Shown here in pieces: positions 10,231-18,997 of a stretch of 64,000 nt of DNA. Under the pieces are notes generated by a model. That model was not told where the DNA came from and did not search any database. It worked only from the letters and a program-made list of their open reading frames with translations. This DNA is from Alphaproteobacteria bacterium. Lineage in GTDB: Bacteria > Pseudomonadota > Alphaproteobacteria > SP197. How positions within the stretch are numbered: position 1 is the first letter of the stretch; each line of letters starts with the position of its first letter. The stretch lies in NCBI GenBank assembly GCA_964291265.2, contig OZ219747.1:96001-160000 (forward strand). Reading direction: 5' to 3'. The position numbers and the translations under genes are program-made.

Positions 10231-11214
10231 TCAGCCGGACGACGCCCGCCGCACCGGCGAGCGGGCCATGAGGCAGAGGAAGTCCTGGGCCAGCGTGGCC
10301 CCGGCGAGCGCCGTGATCTCCCCGACATCGTAGATCGGCGCCACTTCCACGAGGTCGGCGCCGATGACCGCCAGTCCCGACAGCCCGCGCAGGATTTCGC
10401 GGGCCTGGTGGGATGTGAGGCCGCCGCAGACCGGTGTCCCGGTTCCCGGGGCAAAGGCCGGGTCGAGGCAGTCGATGTCGAAGGTGAGATAGGCCTTCCT
10501 GTCGCCGACGATGCGGCGCACCTCCTCGATGACCGCGTCGGTGCCGTGGCGGTGAACGAAGGGGGCATCGAAGATGTTGAATCCCATGGTGTCGGGATTG
10601 GGCGTTCTCAGTCCGATCTGCACCGATGTCGCCGGATCGACAAGGCCCTGGCGCGTGGCATGCCAGAACATGGTGCCGTGATTGACGCCGTCCTCGTGCT
10701 CATCGGGCCAGGTGTCGGAGTGGGCATCGAAATGGACGAGCGACAAGGGCTGGCCGTGGCGCTTCGCGTGGGCCCTCAGGACCGGCCAGGTGATGAAATG
10801 ATCGCCACCCAGAGACAGCACCATGACATCCTGTTCCAGCATCCAGGCGACATAGTCCTCGATCGTCTGCGGAACGGCGGCGGGTCTGGAAAAGTCGAAG
10901 GGAAGATCCCCGTGATCGGCGATGCGCATCTCGGCAACAGGGTGAAAGTCCCAGCCATAGACCCGCCTTTCGAAGGCCAGCCCGGTCGATGCGGCACGGA
11001 TGCCGCGGGGACCGAAGCGCGTGCCCGGGCGATTGGTCGTCGCCGTATCGAAGGGGATGCCAAGCACCGCGACATCGACGTCGTCGAGTTCCTTGCGATA
11101 GGGCCGCCTCAGGAAACTCGTGACGCCGGCATAGGTGATCTCTTCGGGAAAGGACCGGAGATCGTTCGCCGTGATGGCGTGGTCGCCTCTGAACATGTCT
11201 GACCCGCTCATCAC
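10231..11214 (-). CDS. speB: Agmatinase (ureohydrolase family)
   Basis: PGTRFGP, GGDH, DAHSD, HGT, DIDCLDPAFAPGTGTP, VEVAP motifs. Confidence 0.9.
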   Translation of the reverse strand: MMSGSDMFRGDHAITANDLRSFPEEITYAGVTSFLRRPYRKELDDVDVAVLGIPFDTATTNRPGTRFGPRGIRAASTGLAFERRVYGWDFHPVAEMRIADHGDLPFDFSRPAAVPQTIEDYVAWMLEQDVMVLSLGGDHFITWPVLRAHAKRHGQPLSLVHFDAHSDTWPDEHEDGVNHGTMFWHATRQGLVDPATSVQIGLRTPNPDTMGFNIFDAPFVHRHGTDAVIEEVRRIVGDRKAYLTFDIDCLDPAFAPGTGTPVCGGLTSHQAREILRGLSGLAVIGADLVEVAPIYDVGEITALAGATLAQDFLCLMARSPVRRASSG

Positions 11215-11334
11215 CGTTTCCCTTCACAGGCCGCGTTGCGACGCCACACTTACATCCGTCGGCGTCGCCTGTCGAGGCGGGCCGCCACGCCGGTCCAGGG
11301 ACCCCGGGCCTTTCAAAGGGTCGGACTTGTATAG

Positions 11335-13639
11335 GTGATTCGTTTCGTGCATGCTGCGTGCATGCAGGTTGGTCTCCGCCACTTCGATTCGCAGACGCTT
11401 GACTGGTTTGCCGGCGCGTTGCGCTCCGCCGACGCCACCCGTCACGGTCTGGCACGCGAGCTTTGCGAGCGCACCGGCTGGCGCAACGCGCTCGGCCGTC
11501 CGTGCCTGTCGGCGGCGGCGAAGGTGCTGCCGGCGCTCGCCGAGCGCGTGGGGTTGGAGCTTCCGCCGCCGCGGAGCGTGCCCGATCCGACCGTCGTGCC
11601 CGCCGTCCCGGCCGGTGACGTCCCCGACACCAAGCTGGTCTGCCTGCTGGAGGATCTCGGCCCGGTCTCGCTCGAACCGGTGGGCGAGGCCGACGATCGC
11701 CGTCTCTGGGAGGCGATGATGGCGACGCACCACCCGCTGGGATGGACGCGCTCGCCCGGCGGCCAGGTGCGCTACTGGATCCGCTCGCAACGCCACGGCA
11801 CCCTCGGCGGGATCGGCTTCGGGTCCGCGACCTGGCAGTTGCGGGCGCGGGATGAGTGGATCGCATGGTCCGCCGACGCCCGTGCCGCCAACATCGAGCG
11901 TGTGATCTGCCATCATCGGTTTCTCCTGCTTCCCGGCGTTCGGGTCTACAGACTGGCCTCCCGGGTCCTGCGCATGGCGGCGGAGCGCATCGCCGACGAT
12001 TGGGAGGCCCGCTACGCGGTGCGCCCGGTGGCGGCCTACACTCATGTCGGTGCGGAGCACAGCGGCTATTGCTACCACTGCGCCGGCTGGACCGTGGCCG
12101 GGCGGACCAGCGGGCGCCGCGGCGAGGTTGGCACGGTGCGGGTCCTGGCCCTGGAGAGCGGCTGGCGGACGGTGCTCCACGGGACACAGCGCCGTCCACT
12201 CGGCGCCCTGGCGGGCGTCTATGACGGCACTGACGCGGACTGGGCGGAGCGGGAGTACGGGCGCACGCGCCATACCGACGGTCGGGTGCGACGACGCATC
12301 GTTGACATGGGCCGGGCCTGGATGAAGAACATGGGGGAGGACCTGCCGATCATCTTTCCCGAGAAGGCGGAGCAGAAGGCCGCTTATCGGTTGCTGTCGA
12401 ACCCGAGGGTCTCCATGGAGCACGTTCTGGGGAGCACGTTCTGGAAGCGCATGTTGAGGCGACCGTGGAGCGTTGTCGGACAGAGCCTCTTGTCCTTGCG
12501 ATACAGGACACGACGGCGATCAACTACAGCGGCCTGGAGGCCACGAAGGGTCTGGACAAGCTCGGCGGCGGCGGCAAGGGGAGCGTCGGCATCCTCGCCC
12601 ACGCCGGTCTGGCGGTGACGTCGGAGGGCCGGCCGCTGGGCCTGTTCACGATGGATGCGGCCTTTCGGCAGGAGCCCGGGGAGGACAGTCAGCGCTGGGT
12701 CACCGGGCTTGAGCGGGCCCGGGAGCTCGCGGCGCCCTGCCCGGACACGCGTGTGGTCTCGGTCTGCGACCGCGAGGGCGACTTCTGGGAACTGCTCGCC
12801 CATGCCGCGGACGCCGGAGCCGCGCTGCTGGTGCGTGCGAGCCGTTCGGCGAAACAGCGCGTGGGTGAGCCCGACGGCAAAAAGAAGTGCCTGTGGAAGC
12901 ATGTCGCGGCCCGGCCGCTGGTCGCGGTGACGGAGCTGACGATCCGGCCGCTGGCGGCCCGCGCGCCCGCAAGGAGCGCGTCGCCCGTCTCGAGATCCGC
13001 ACGGCACAGGTCGAGGTGGCACCGCCGCAAAAAGAGCGCGACGCGGAGCCTGTGTCCATGTTCGCGGTCTCGGCCAGCGAGGCCGGAACCGGTGACGGCG
13101 ACGAGGCCCTGCACTGGCTGCTGCTGACCACCGAGCGCCCGGCACCAGGGGAGGCCGAGGCCGTGCACGCGGCGACCGTCCTGGGCTGGTACCGGACGCG
13201 ATGGAGCATCGAGACCTGGTTCCGCACGCTGAAGACCGGGACCCGGATCAAGGACCGCCGGCTCGACAGGGCCGACGACCTGAAGACGTGCCTTGCCTTC
13301 GACGCCGTCACCGCCGTCCATGTTGCCGACCTGACCGTGCTTGCGCGCGAGCGTCCCTTGACCCCGGCGAGCGAGGTGTTTGCCGAGGAGGACATCGACC
13401 TGCTCGGCACGCTGCTGGAATCCCAGGGTCACCGGGAGGTCCGGGCGATGGGCGATGTCCGTGCCGTCGTCATCGGCCTTGGGCGCCTCGTCGGGTGGCA
13501 TCCCACGCCGCGCCAGACGCTCCCGGGAGCGAAGAAGCTCTGGCAGGGTCTCGAAAGGCTGAACTGGGCGATCCAGGTGCGTGACGCACTTGGCGAAAGA
13601 AGGCGGCACGAAGCACTCGGTGAGAGAAGGCGGGAGTAA
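11335..13639 (+). pseudogene. Tn5-like DDE transposase with N-terminal DUF4338 (DruA-like) region, frameshifted twice
   Basis: HHPLG..GGQVRY..RDEWIAW DUF4338 motifs, then WAEREYG/AAYRLLSN, QDTT, CDREGD, YRTRWSIETWFRTLKTG; 14-bp tandem duplication 12417-12444 and 1-bp deletion near 12944. Confidence 0.85.
12417..12444 (+). repeat. 14-bp tandem duplication GGAGCACGTTCTGG x2
   Basis: Directly visible; removing one copy restores MEHVLEAHVEATVERCRTEPLVLAIQDTT. Confidence 0.9.
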
Positions 13640-13678
13640 CATCCGTATATACGTGTGGGTGATTGAAAGACCCCGGGC

Positions 13679-14116
13679 GTACCGGAAACGGCGCCTCCTG
13701 CTCCGCGTTCCTGCGTACCTGTGGTCCATTCCCTCGACCAGCATGACCCGGGTCCTCGGCAGCATGGGCCTCTCCGCCACCCTGTCGGCCCGGCCTGGTC
13801 CTCACGGATTTCCGGTTCGGGCGTGCAACCCACCGACTGAACTTCCCGTGCTGCTGCATCTTCCATCTTTCCGACATGCCGGTGCCACGACCCCGGCGGG
13901 AACGGTCCGGTGCGTCTGTCGCTTGCTTCCCGCATCGCCATCAGCCTCCCCCTTGCCCGTTTCGAGACCTGCTCGACATTCACTATCAGTTCCGGCTTGC
14001 CAGCTTGCCATGCCGCCCAAGGCGTTTCAGTCCAAACCGTCCTGGCTGCTGCCAACCGAAGCGACAACTGGTGGGTGGGATCGTGCCCCCGGGAAAACGG
14101 CCCTTCCACGGTGCAC
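13679..14116 (-). mobile_element. Degenerate group II intron 5' part (domains I-III), ORF-less relic
   Basis: Minus strand begins GTGCACCGTGGAAGGGCCG (cf. GUGYG); downstream sequence resembles bacterial group II intron 5' regions; no RT ORF or domain V seen. Confidence 0.6.
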
Positions 14117-14300
14117 AACGACTGCGGGTTGCCCTTCATGTTCGCCCTGGCCGTATCTCTCCCTTGCTCATGAACAGGCGGGCGGATAGCGTAGCCGTTG
14201 TGTTCAGGCGCGGCCGTTCCGTGACGTTCGGAGCCACGACGGGGGAGGTTCCGCGCCTCCCGCCTGGCCGCAGGTTCCGGCGCCGCGAAGGGAGAGACCG

Positions 14301-15866
14301 ATGAGCCGCCGCCGTCTTCCGATCGGGATCCAGGACTTCCGGCGCCTCCGGGAGACCGGCAGCTACTATGTCGACAAGACCCCTCTCATCCGGGACCTGG
14401 TCGAGCAGGGTGACCATTACTTCCTGTCGCGTCCGCGCCGTTTCGGCAAGAGCCTGCTGCTCGACACCCTTGGATCGCTGTTTGCCTGCCACGAACCCCT
14501 GTTCCGGGGCCTAGACATCCACCCCCGCTGGGACTGGTCGGCGCCGCATCCTGTGGTGCGGCTGAGCTTCGACGGAAAATACAACGAACCCGAAGACATC
14601 GAGCGCAACATTCTCAACCAGCTGGCGATCATCGAACATGGCGCCGGCCTCGACGAGGTGCCGGTCGCCAACACGGGTCCGGAGCGTTTGCAGAATGTCC
14701 TCTATCACCTGCGTTGCGCCACCGGCCGGCAGGTGGTGGTGCTGGTGGACGAGTACGACAAGCCGATCCTTGACGTGCTCCACGATCCCGAACTCGCGAG
14801 GGCCAACCGGGACTACCTGCGCGGCTTCTACGGTATCGTCAAGGGCAGCGCCAAGCATGTCCGCTTCGTCTTCGTCACCGGTGTCAGCATGTTCTCGAAG
14901 GTCAGCCTGTTCTCGGGTCTCAACAACCTGAAGGACATCAGCCTCGATCCGCGCTTCGCCACGATCTGCGGCTACCGCGAGGAGGATCTCGACCGTGTGT
15001 TCGGGCCTGAGCTTGTCGGACTGGACCGCGAGGAGATCCGCACCTGGTACAACGGCTACCACTGGCGGGGCGGGGAGCGGGTCTACAATCCCTATGACGT
15101 GCTCCTGCTGCTCGACAGCCGTGAGTTTCGTCCCTACTGGTTCGAGACCGGGTCGCCGGACTTCCTGTTCCGCATGCTGATGGAGAAGTCGGTGAGCCCG
15201 ATGGAACTGGAGGGACGGCTGGCGGGCACGTCCCTGGTCTCCAAGTTCGATGTCGACGACATCGCCATCGAGGCGCTGCTCTTCCAGACCGGCTACCTGA
15301 CCATCGCAGGGGAGGAGCGGGACGAGTTCGACGCTCTCTACCGGCTGGACTATCCCAACCTCGAGGTCCGCATCAGCCTGAACCGCGGACTGCTTGCCTG
15401 GCTGAGCAGGAAGGGGGTCGAGCCGCTGAAGCGGGGCCGCGAGTTCTGCGCCCTGCTGGAGGCGAACGACTTCGCCGGCTTCGGCGAGAAGCTCCGCGCC
15501 TGGCTTGCGGGCATTCCCTACCAGTGGCATGCGAAGGGCGACCTGGCGCGCTACGAGGCCTGGTATGCGAGCCTTCTCTACATGTGCCTGCGTTCGGTCG
15601 GGGTGGATCTGAGCGTGGAGGAGGCCTCGCACCGCGGCCGTGCGGACATGGTGGTGCGCCTCGGCGGTCAGGTCTTCGTGCTGGAGTTCAAGATGGCCGA
15701 GGGCGAGGGGGACGGCGCTGCGGCGCTGGATGCGGCGCTGGCGCAGATGCGCGAGCGTGGCTATGCCGAGACCTACCGCGATCACGCCGGCCCGGTCCAC
15801 CTCGTCGGCGTGGCCTGCGGGCGCGAGGCGCGTAACCTCCTCGACATCCGCGCCGAGACCGCATGA
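14301..15866 (+). CDS. AAA-ATPase-like protein with C-terminal PD-(D/E)XK nuclease domain (DUF1703 type)
   Basis: LPIGIQDF, YVDKT, SRPRRFGKS Walker A, LVDEYDKP Walker B, WYNGY, GRADM..VLEFK. Confidence 0.92.
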   Translation: MSRRRLPIGIQDFRRLRETGSYYVDKTPLIRDLVEQGDHYFLSRPRRFGKSLLLDTLGSLFACHEPLFRGLDIHPRWDWSAPHPVVRLSFDGKYNEPEDIERNILNQLAIIEHGAGLDEVPVANTGPERLQNVLYHLRCATGRQVVVLVDEYDKPILDVLHDPELARANRDYLRGFYGIVKGSAKHVRFVFVTGVSMFSKVSLFSGLNNLKDISLDPRFATICGYREEDLDRVFGPELVGLDREEIRTWYNGYHWRGGERVYNPYDVLLLLDSREFRPYWFETGSPDFLFRMLMEKSVSPMELEGRLAGTSLVSKFDVDDIAIEALLFQTGYLTIAGEERDEFDALYRLDYPNLEVRISLNRGLLAWLSRKGVEPLKRGREFCALLEANDFAGFGEKLRAWLAGIPYQWHAKGDLARYEAWYASLLYMCLRSVGVDLSVEEASHRGRADMVVRLGGQVFVLEFKMAEGEGDGAAALDAALAQMRERGYAETYRDHAGPVHLVGVACGREARNLLDIRAETA

Positions 15867-15980
15867 GCGGCACCCGTGAACGCCTGCCAGACACTCGAGG
15901 CGTCCCATCCCGGCTCCTTGCACTGAACCACTTCCGGCCGTAGGCGACGGGAGCCTGGCGTCGCATGTTCGCCTGTCCTT

Positions 15981-16390
15981 GTGCGTCAAGAGTTCTCTGG
16001 TTCAATGACGCAGGCTTGTCATGGCGCAGGATGTGTCGGCGCCGTTGGACGGCCCGACCCGGGGAATGCGGTGTGGAAGATGTTGATGACGCACGAGCAT
16101 CCTCATGGCATGACGACGTTTGCCGGCTGTCAGGTGCGCTGGCTTGTGATCCCGGAGCACGGGATCCTGGGTGCGGCCTGGATTTCGGCGGCGGCGCTGC
16201 AGGGCGCGGCCCGCGATCGCTGGATGGCATGGACGCCGTCCCAGCGGCGGGATCATCGTCACCGAGCGGTCTGTCCGAGCCGGACAGCGCCAGGCCTCGC
16301 GCCCTGATCAGACCCGCGACGTCACGTCGCCATTGCCATGGCTCGCCAGGGCAGGTCGGCTCATGACCGTTCTCCCGGTTCGGGTTGCAC
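15981..16390 (+). pseudogene. Degraded fragment of a DUF4338 (DruA-like) transposase-associated gene
   Basis: HEHPHGMTTFAGCQVRW..AAAL..RDRWMAW aligns by eye with the DUF4338 part of the 11335 transposase; no downstream DDE domain. Confidence 0.7.
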
Positions 16391-16543
16391 GTGCCGTGGT
16401 GGCAGGCTGAACTCGCTGCCGTGCAATGTCTCGGGGGAGAAACATCGACACGCACGGCAAGGGGGAATCGACTCGCGGAGGCGCTTGTCGGTGCATGCCT
16501 TGGGTCGATAGACTGCCGGCTGGCGGGTGATGATGGGGCAGTG

Positions 16544-18997
16544 ATGGCGGACTTACCTGGGACCGCACGGGTGGTGATCATCGGCGGGGGCGCCGTGGGA
16601 GCCTCGTGCCTCTATCACCTGGCACGTGTCGGCTGGACCGATTGTGTGCTGCTGGAGAAGAACGAGCTCACTGCCGGTTCGACCTGGCATGCCGCCGGCA
16701 ACGTGCCGACCTTCTCGGCAAGCTGGTCGGTCATGAACATGCAGCGCTACTCGACCGAGCTCTACCGCGGCCTCGCCGAGGCGGTCGACTACCCGATGAA
16801 CTATCACGTGACGGGATCGATCCGTCTGGCGCACTCCGAGAACCGCATGCTGGAGTTCGAGAGGGTGGTCGGCATGGGCCGCTACCAAGGCATGGACGTC
16901 AGGACCTGCACGAACGACGAACTGAAGGAACTCTATCCCTATCTCGAGACTCACGATCTCGCCGGTGGCCTCCATGACCCTTATGACGGCGACATCGATC
17001 CTGCCCAGTTGACCCAGGCTCTCGCCAAGGGGGCACGGGATCTCGGCGCCAGCGTCGTGCGGTTCTGCGCGGTCACCGGGGTGCGGCGTGACGGTGAATG
17101 GGTCGTGGAAACCCCGCACGGCGACATCCGCTGCCAGTACGTGGTGAATGCCGCCGGCTATCGCGCCGGAGAGGTCGGCGCCATGTTCGGCCGCGAGGTG
17201 CCGGTCGTCGCCATGGCGCACCAGTACATGCTTACCGGGGACATCCCCGAACTGCAGGCCTACACGGAACGGACGGGGCGCAAGCTTCCCCTGTTGCGTG
17301 ACGTCGACAGCAGCTACTACCTGCGCCAGGAGAAATCCGGTCTCAATCTCGGCCCCTACGAGAGGAACTGCCGGGCCCACTGGATCAGCGACGACGATCC
17401 CATGCCCGAGGATTTCTCCTTCATGCTCTACCCCGAGGACCTCGAGCGCCTCGCGTGGTACATCGAGGACGCCATGGCGCGGGTGCCGCTGCTCGCCGAT
17501 GGCGGCGTCAGCCGGACCATCAACGGACCGATCCCCTATGCGCCGGACGGCAATCCCCTGATCGGTCCGATGCCGGGCGTACCGGACGCCTTCGAGGCCT
17601 GCGTCTTCACCTTCGGCATCGCCCAGGCAGGCGGCGCCGGCAAGGTACTCACCGAGTGGGTGATCGAGGGCGCCACCGAATGGGACATGTGGTCCTGCGA
17701 TCCGCGCCGCTTTACCGACTACGCAGACCGGAACCACGCCATTGCGAAGGGCATCGAGGTCTATGGCCACGAATACGCCATGCATTTCCCGCATCACGCC
17801 TGGCCCGCCGGGCGCGACAAGCGCCTCTCGCCGGTCCACGACAGGATCCGGGCCATGGGAGGGCAGATGGGTGCCTATGGCGGATGGGAGCGCGCCAACT
17901 GGTTCGCCCTTCCCGGCGACGACACGTCCGAGGAGGCGACGCAGACCTGGGAGCGCGATGGTCCGTGGTTTCCGCGGGTCCGCGAGGAATGCCTCGCCGT
18001 GCGGGACGCCGTGGGCGTTCTCGATCTCGCGGGCTTTTCCTGGTTCCACCTGAAGGGCGACGGAGCGAGGGACTGGCTGCGGCAGATGATCACCGGCGGC
18101 GTGCCCAGGGTCGGTCGCCTGGGACTGGGCTATTTCGCCGACGATGCCGGGCGGATCATCACCGAACTCTCGATCATCCGTCTGAACGAGGACGAGATGT
18201 ACCTCGTCAGCGCGGGCGCGGCGCAGTGGCACGACCGCGACTGGCTGATGAAGCACCTGCCGGCACGATCGTCCGTGACGCTGGAGAACCAGACAGGCCA
18301 ACGATGTTGTCAGATCATCTCCGGGCCTCGCGCCCGCGCCCTTGTCGGTGATCTCTGCGATGCCGATCTCAGCCTGCCGTGGCTCACCTGGCAGGAGACG
18401 ACGATAGCCGGTGCCCGGGTGCTGCTGATCCGGGTCAGCTATGCCGGCGCGCTGGGCTGGGAGATCCACAGCGACAACGCGGACACGCCCGCCGTCTACG
18501 GCGCCCTGATTGAGGCCGGGGAACGCCACGATCTCAGACCCTTCGGCATGTTCGCCCTCAACAGCCTGCGCCTGGAGAAGGGCTATCGCGCCTGGAAAGC
18601 GGACCTGTCAACGGACTACACCATCCTCGAGGGCGGGCTCGAGCGCTTCGTGAAGTGGGACAAGGACTCCTTCAAGGGCAAAGCGGCCCTGGAGAACCAG
18701 CTCCAGCAGGGAATCGCGAGACGGTTCGCCACCATGACCGTCGAGGCGGGCGCCTACGATGCACCCTACATGTCCACCATCTGGAAGGATGACGCCATGG
18801 TGGGAGAAACCACCTCCGGCGGCTGGGGACACCGGATCGGCAAGTCCATCGCGCTCGGCATGGTGAGGCACGACTGCACCGAACCCGGCACCCGCCTGGA
18901 GATCGAGATCTACGGCCGCCGCTACCCGGCCACCGTCGAGCCCGACCAGCCTCTCTTCGATCCCGGGAACCACTCACTGAAGGATCCAGGACCATGA
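16544..18997 (+). CDS. GcvT-family FAD-dependent oxidoreductase (dimethylglycine dehydrogenase-like)
   Basis: Start MADLPG; GGGAVG FAD motif, AGSTWHAAG, GWERANWF, SLRLEKGY, GcvT C-terminus. Confidence 0.92.
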   Translation: MADLPGTARVVIIGGGAVGASCLYHLARVGWTDCVLLEKNELTAGSTWHAAGNVPTFSASWSVMNMQRYSTELYRGLAEAVDYPMNYHVTGSIRLAHSENRMLEFERVVGMGRYQGMDVRTCTNDELKELYPYLETHDLAGGLHDPYDGDIDPAQLTQALAKGARDLGASVVRFCAVTGVRRDGEWVVETPHGDIRCQYVVNAAGYRAGEVGAMFGREVPVVAMAHQYMLTGDIPELQAYTERTGRKLPLLRDVDSSYYLRQEKSGLNLGPYERNCRAHWISDDDPMPEDFSFMLYPEDLERLAWYIEDAMARVPLLADGGVSRTINGPIPYAPDGNPLIGPMPGVPDAFEACVFTFGIAQAGGAGKVLTEWVIEGATEWDMWSCDPRRFTDYADRNHAIAKGIEVYGHEYAMHFPHHAWPAGRDKRLSPVHDRIRAMGGQMGAYGGWERANWFALPGDDTSEEATQTWERDGPWFPRVREECLAVRDAVGVLDLAGFSWFHLKGDGARDWLRQMITGGVPRVGRLGLGYFADDAGRIITELSIIRLNEDEMYLVSAGAAQWHDRDWLMKHLPARSSVTLENQTGQRCCQIISGPRARALVGDLCDADLSLPWLTWQETTIAGARVLLIRVSYAGALGWEIHSDNADTPAVYGALIEAGERHDLRPFGMFALNSLRLEKGYRAWKADLSTDYTILEGGLERFVKWDKDSFKGKAALENQLQQGIARRFATMTVEAGAYDAPYMSTIWKDDAMVGETTSGGWGHRIGKSIALGMVRHDCTEPGTRLEIEIYGRRYPATVEPDQPLFDPGNHSLKDPGP

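Larger units (their letters stand above)
11310..13669 (+). mobile_element. IS4-family (IS50/Tn5-like) insertion sequence with 9-bp target-site duplication ACCCCGGGC
   Basis: ACCCCGGGC at 11301-11309 and 13670-13678; imperfect terminal IRs CTTTCAA...GTATA / TATAC...TTGAAAG. Confidence 0.9.

Noticed and set aside
11335-12250. DruA-like domain as a Druantia defence system
   Set aside because: No DruB-E genes; the domain lies within IS boundaries.
13585-13636. Imperfect 27-bp tandem repeat (ALGERRRHE/ALGERRRE) at the transposase end
   Set aside because: Two copies only; a local duplication with no evident function.
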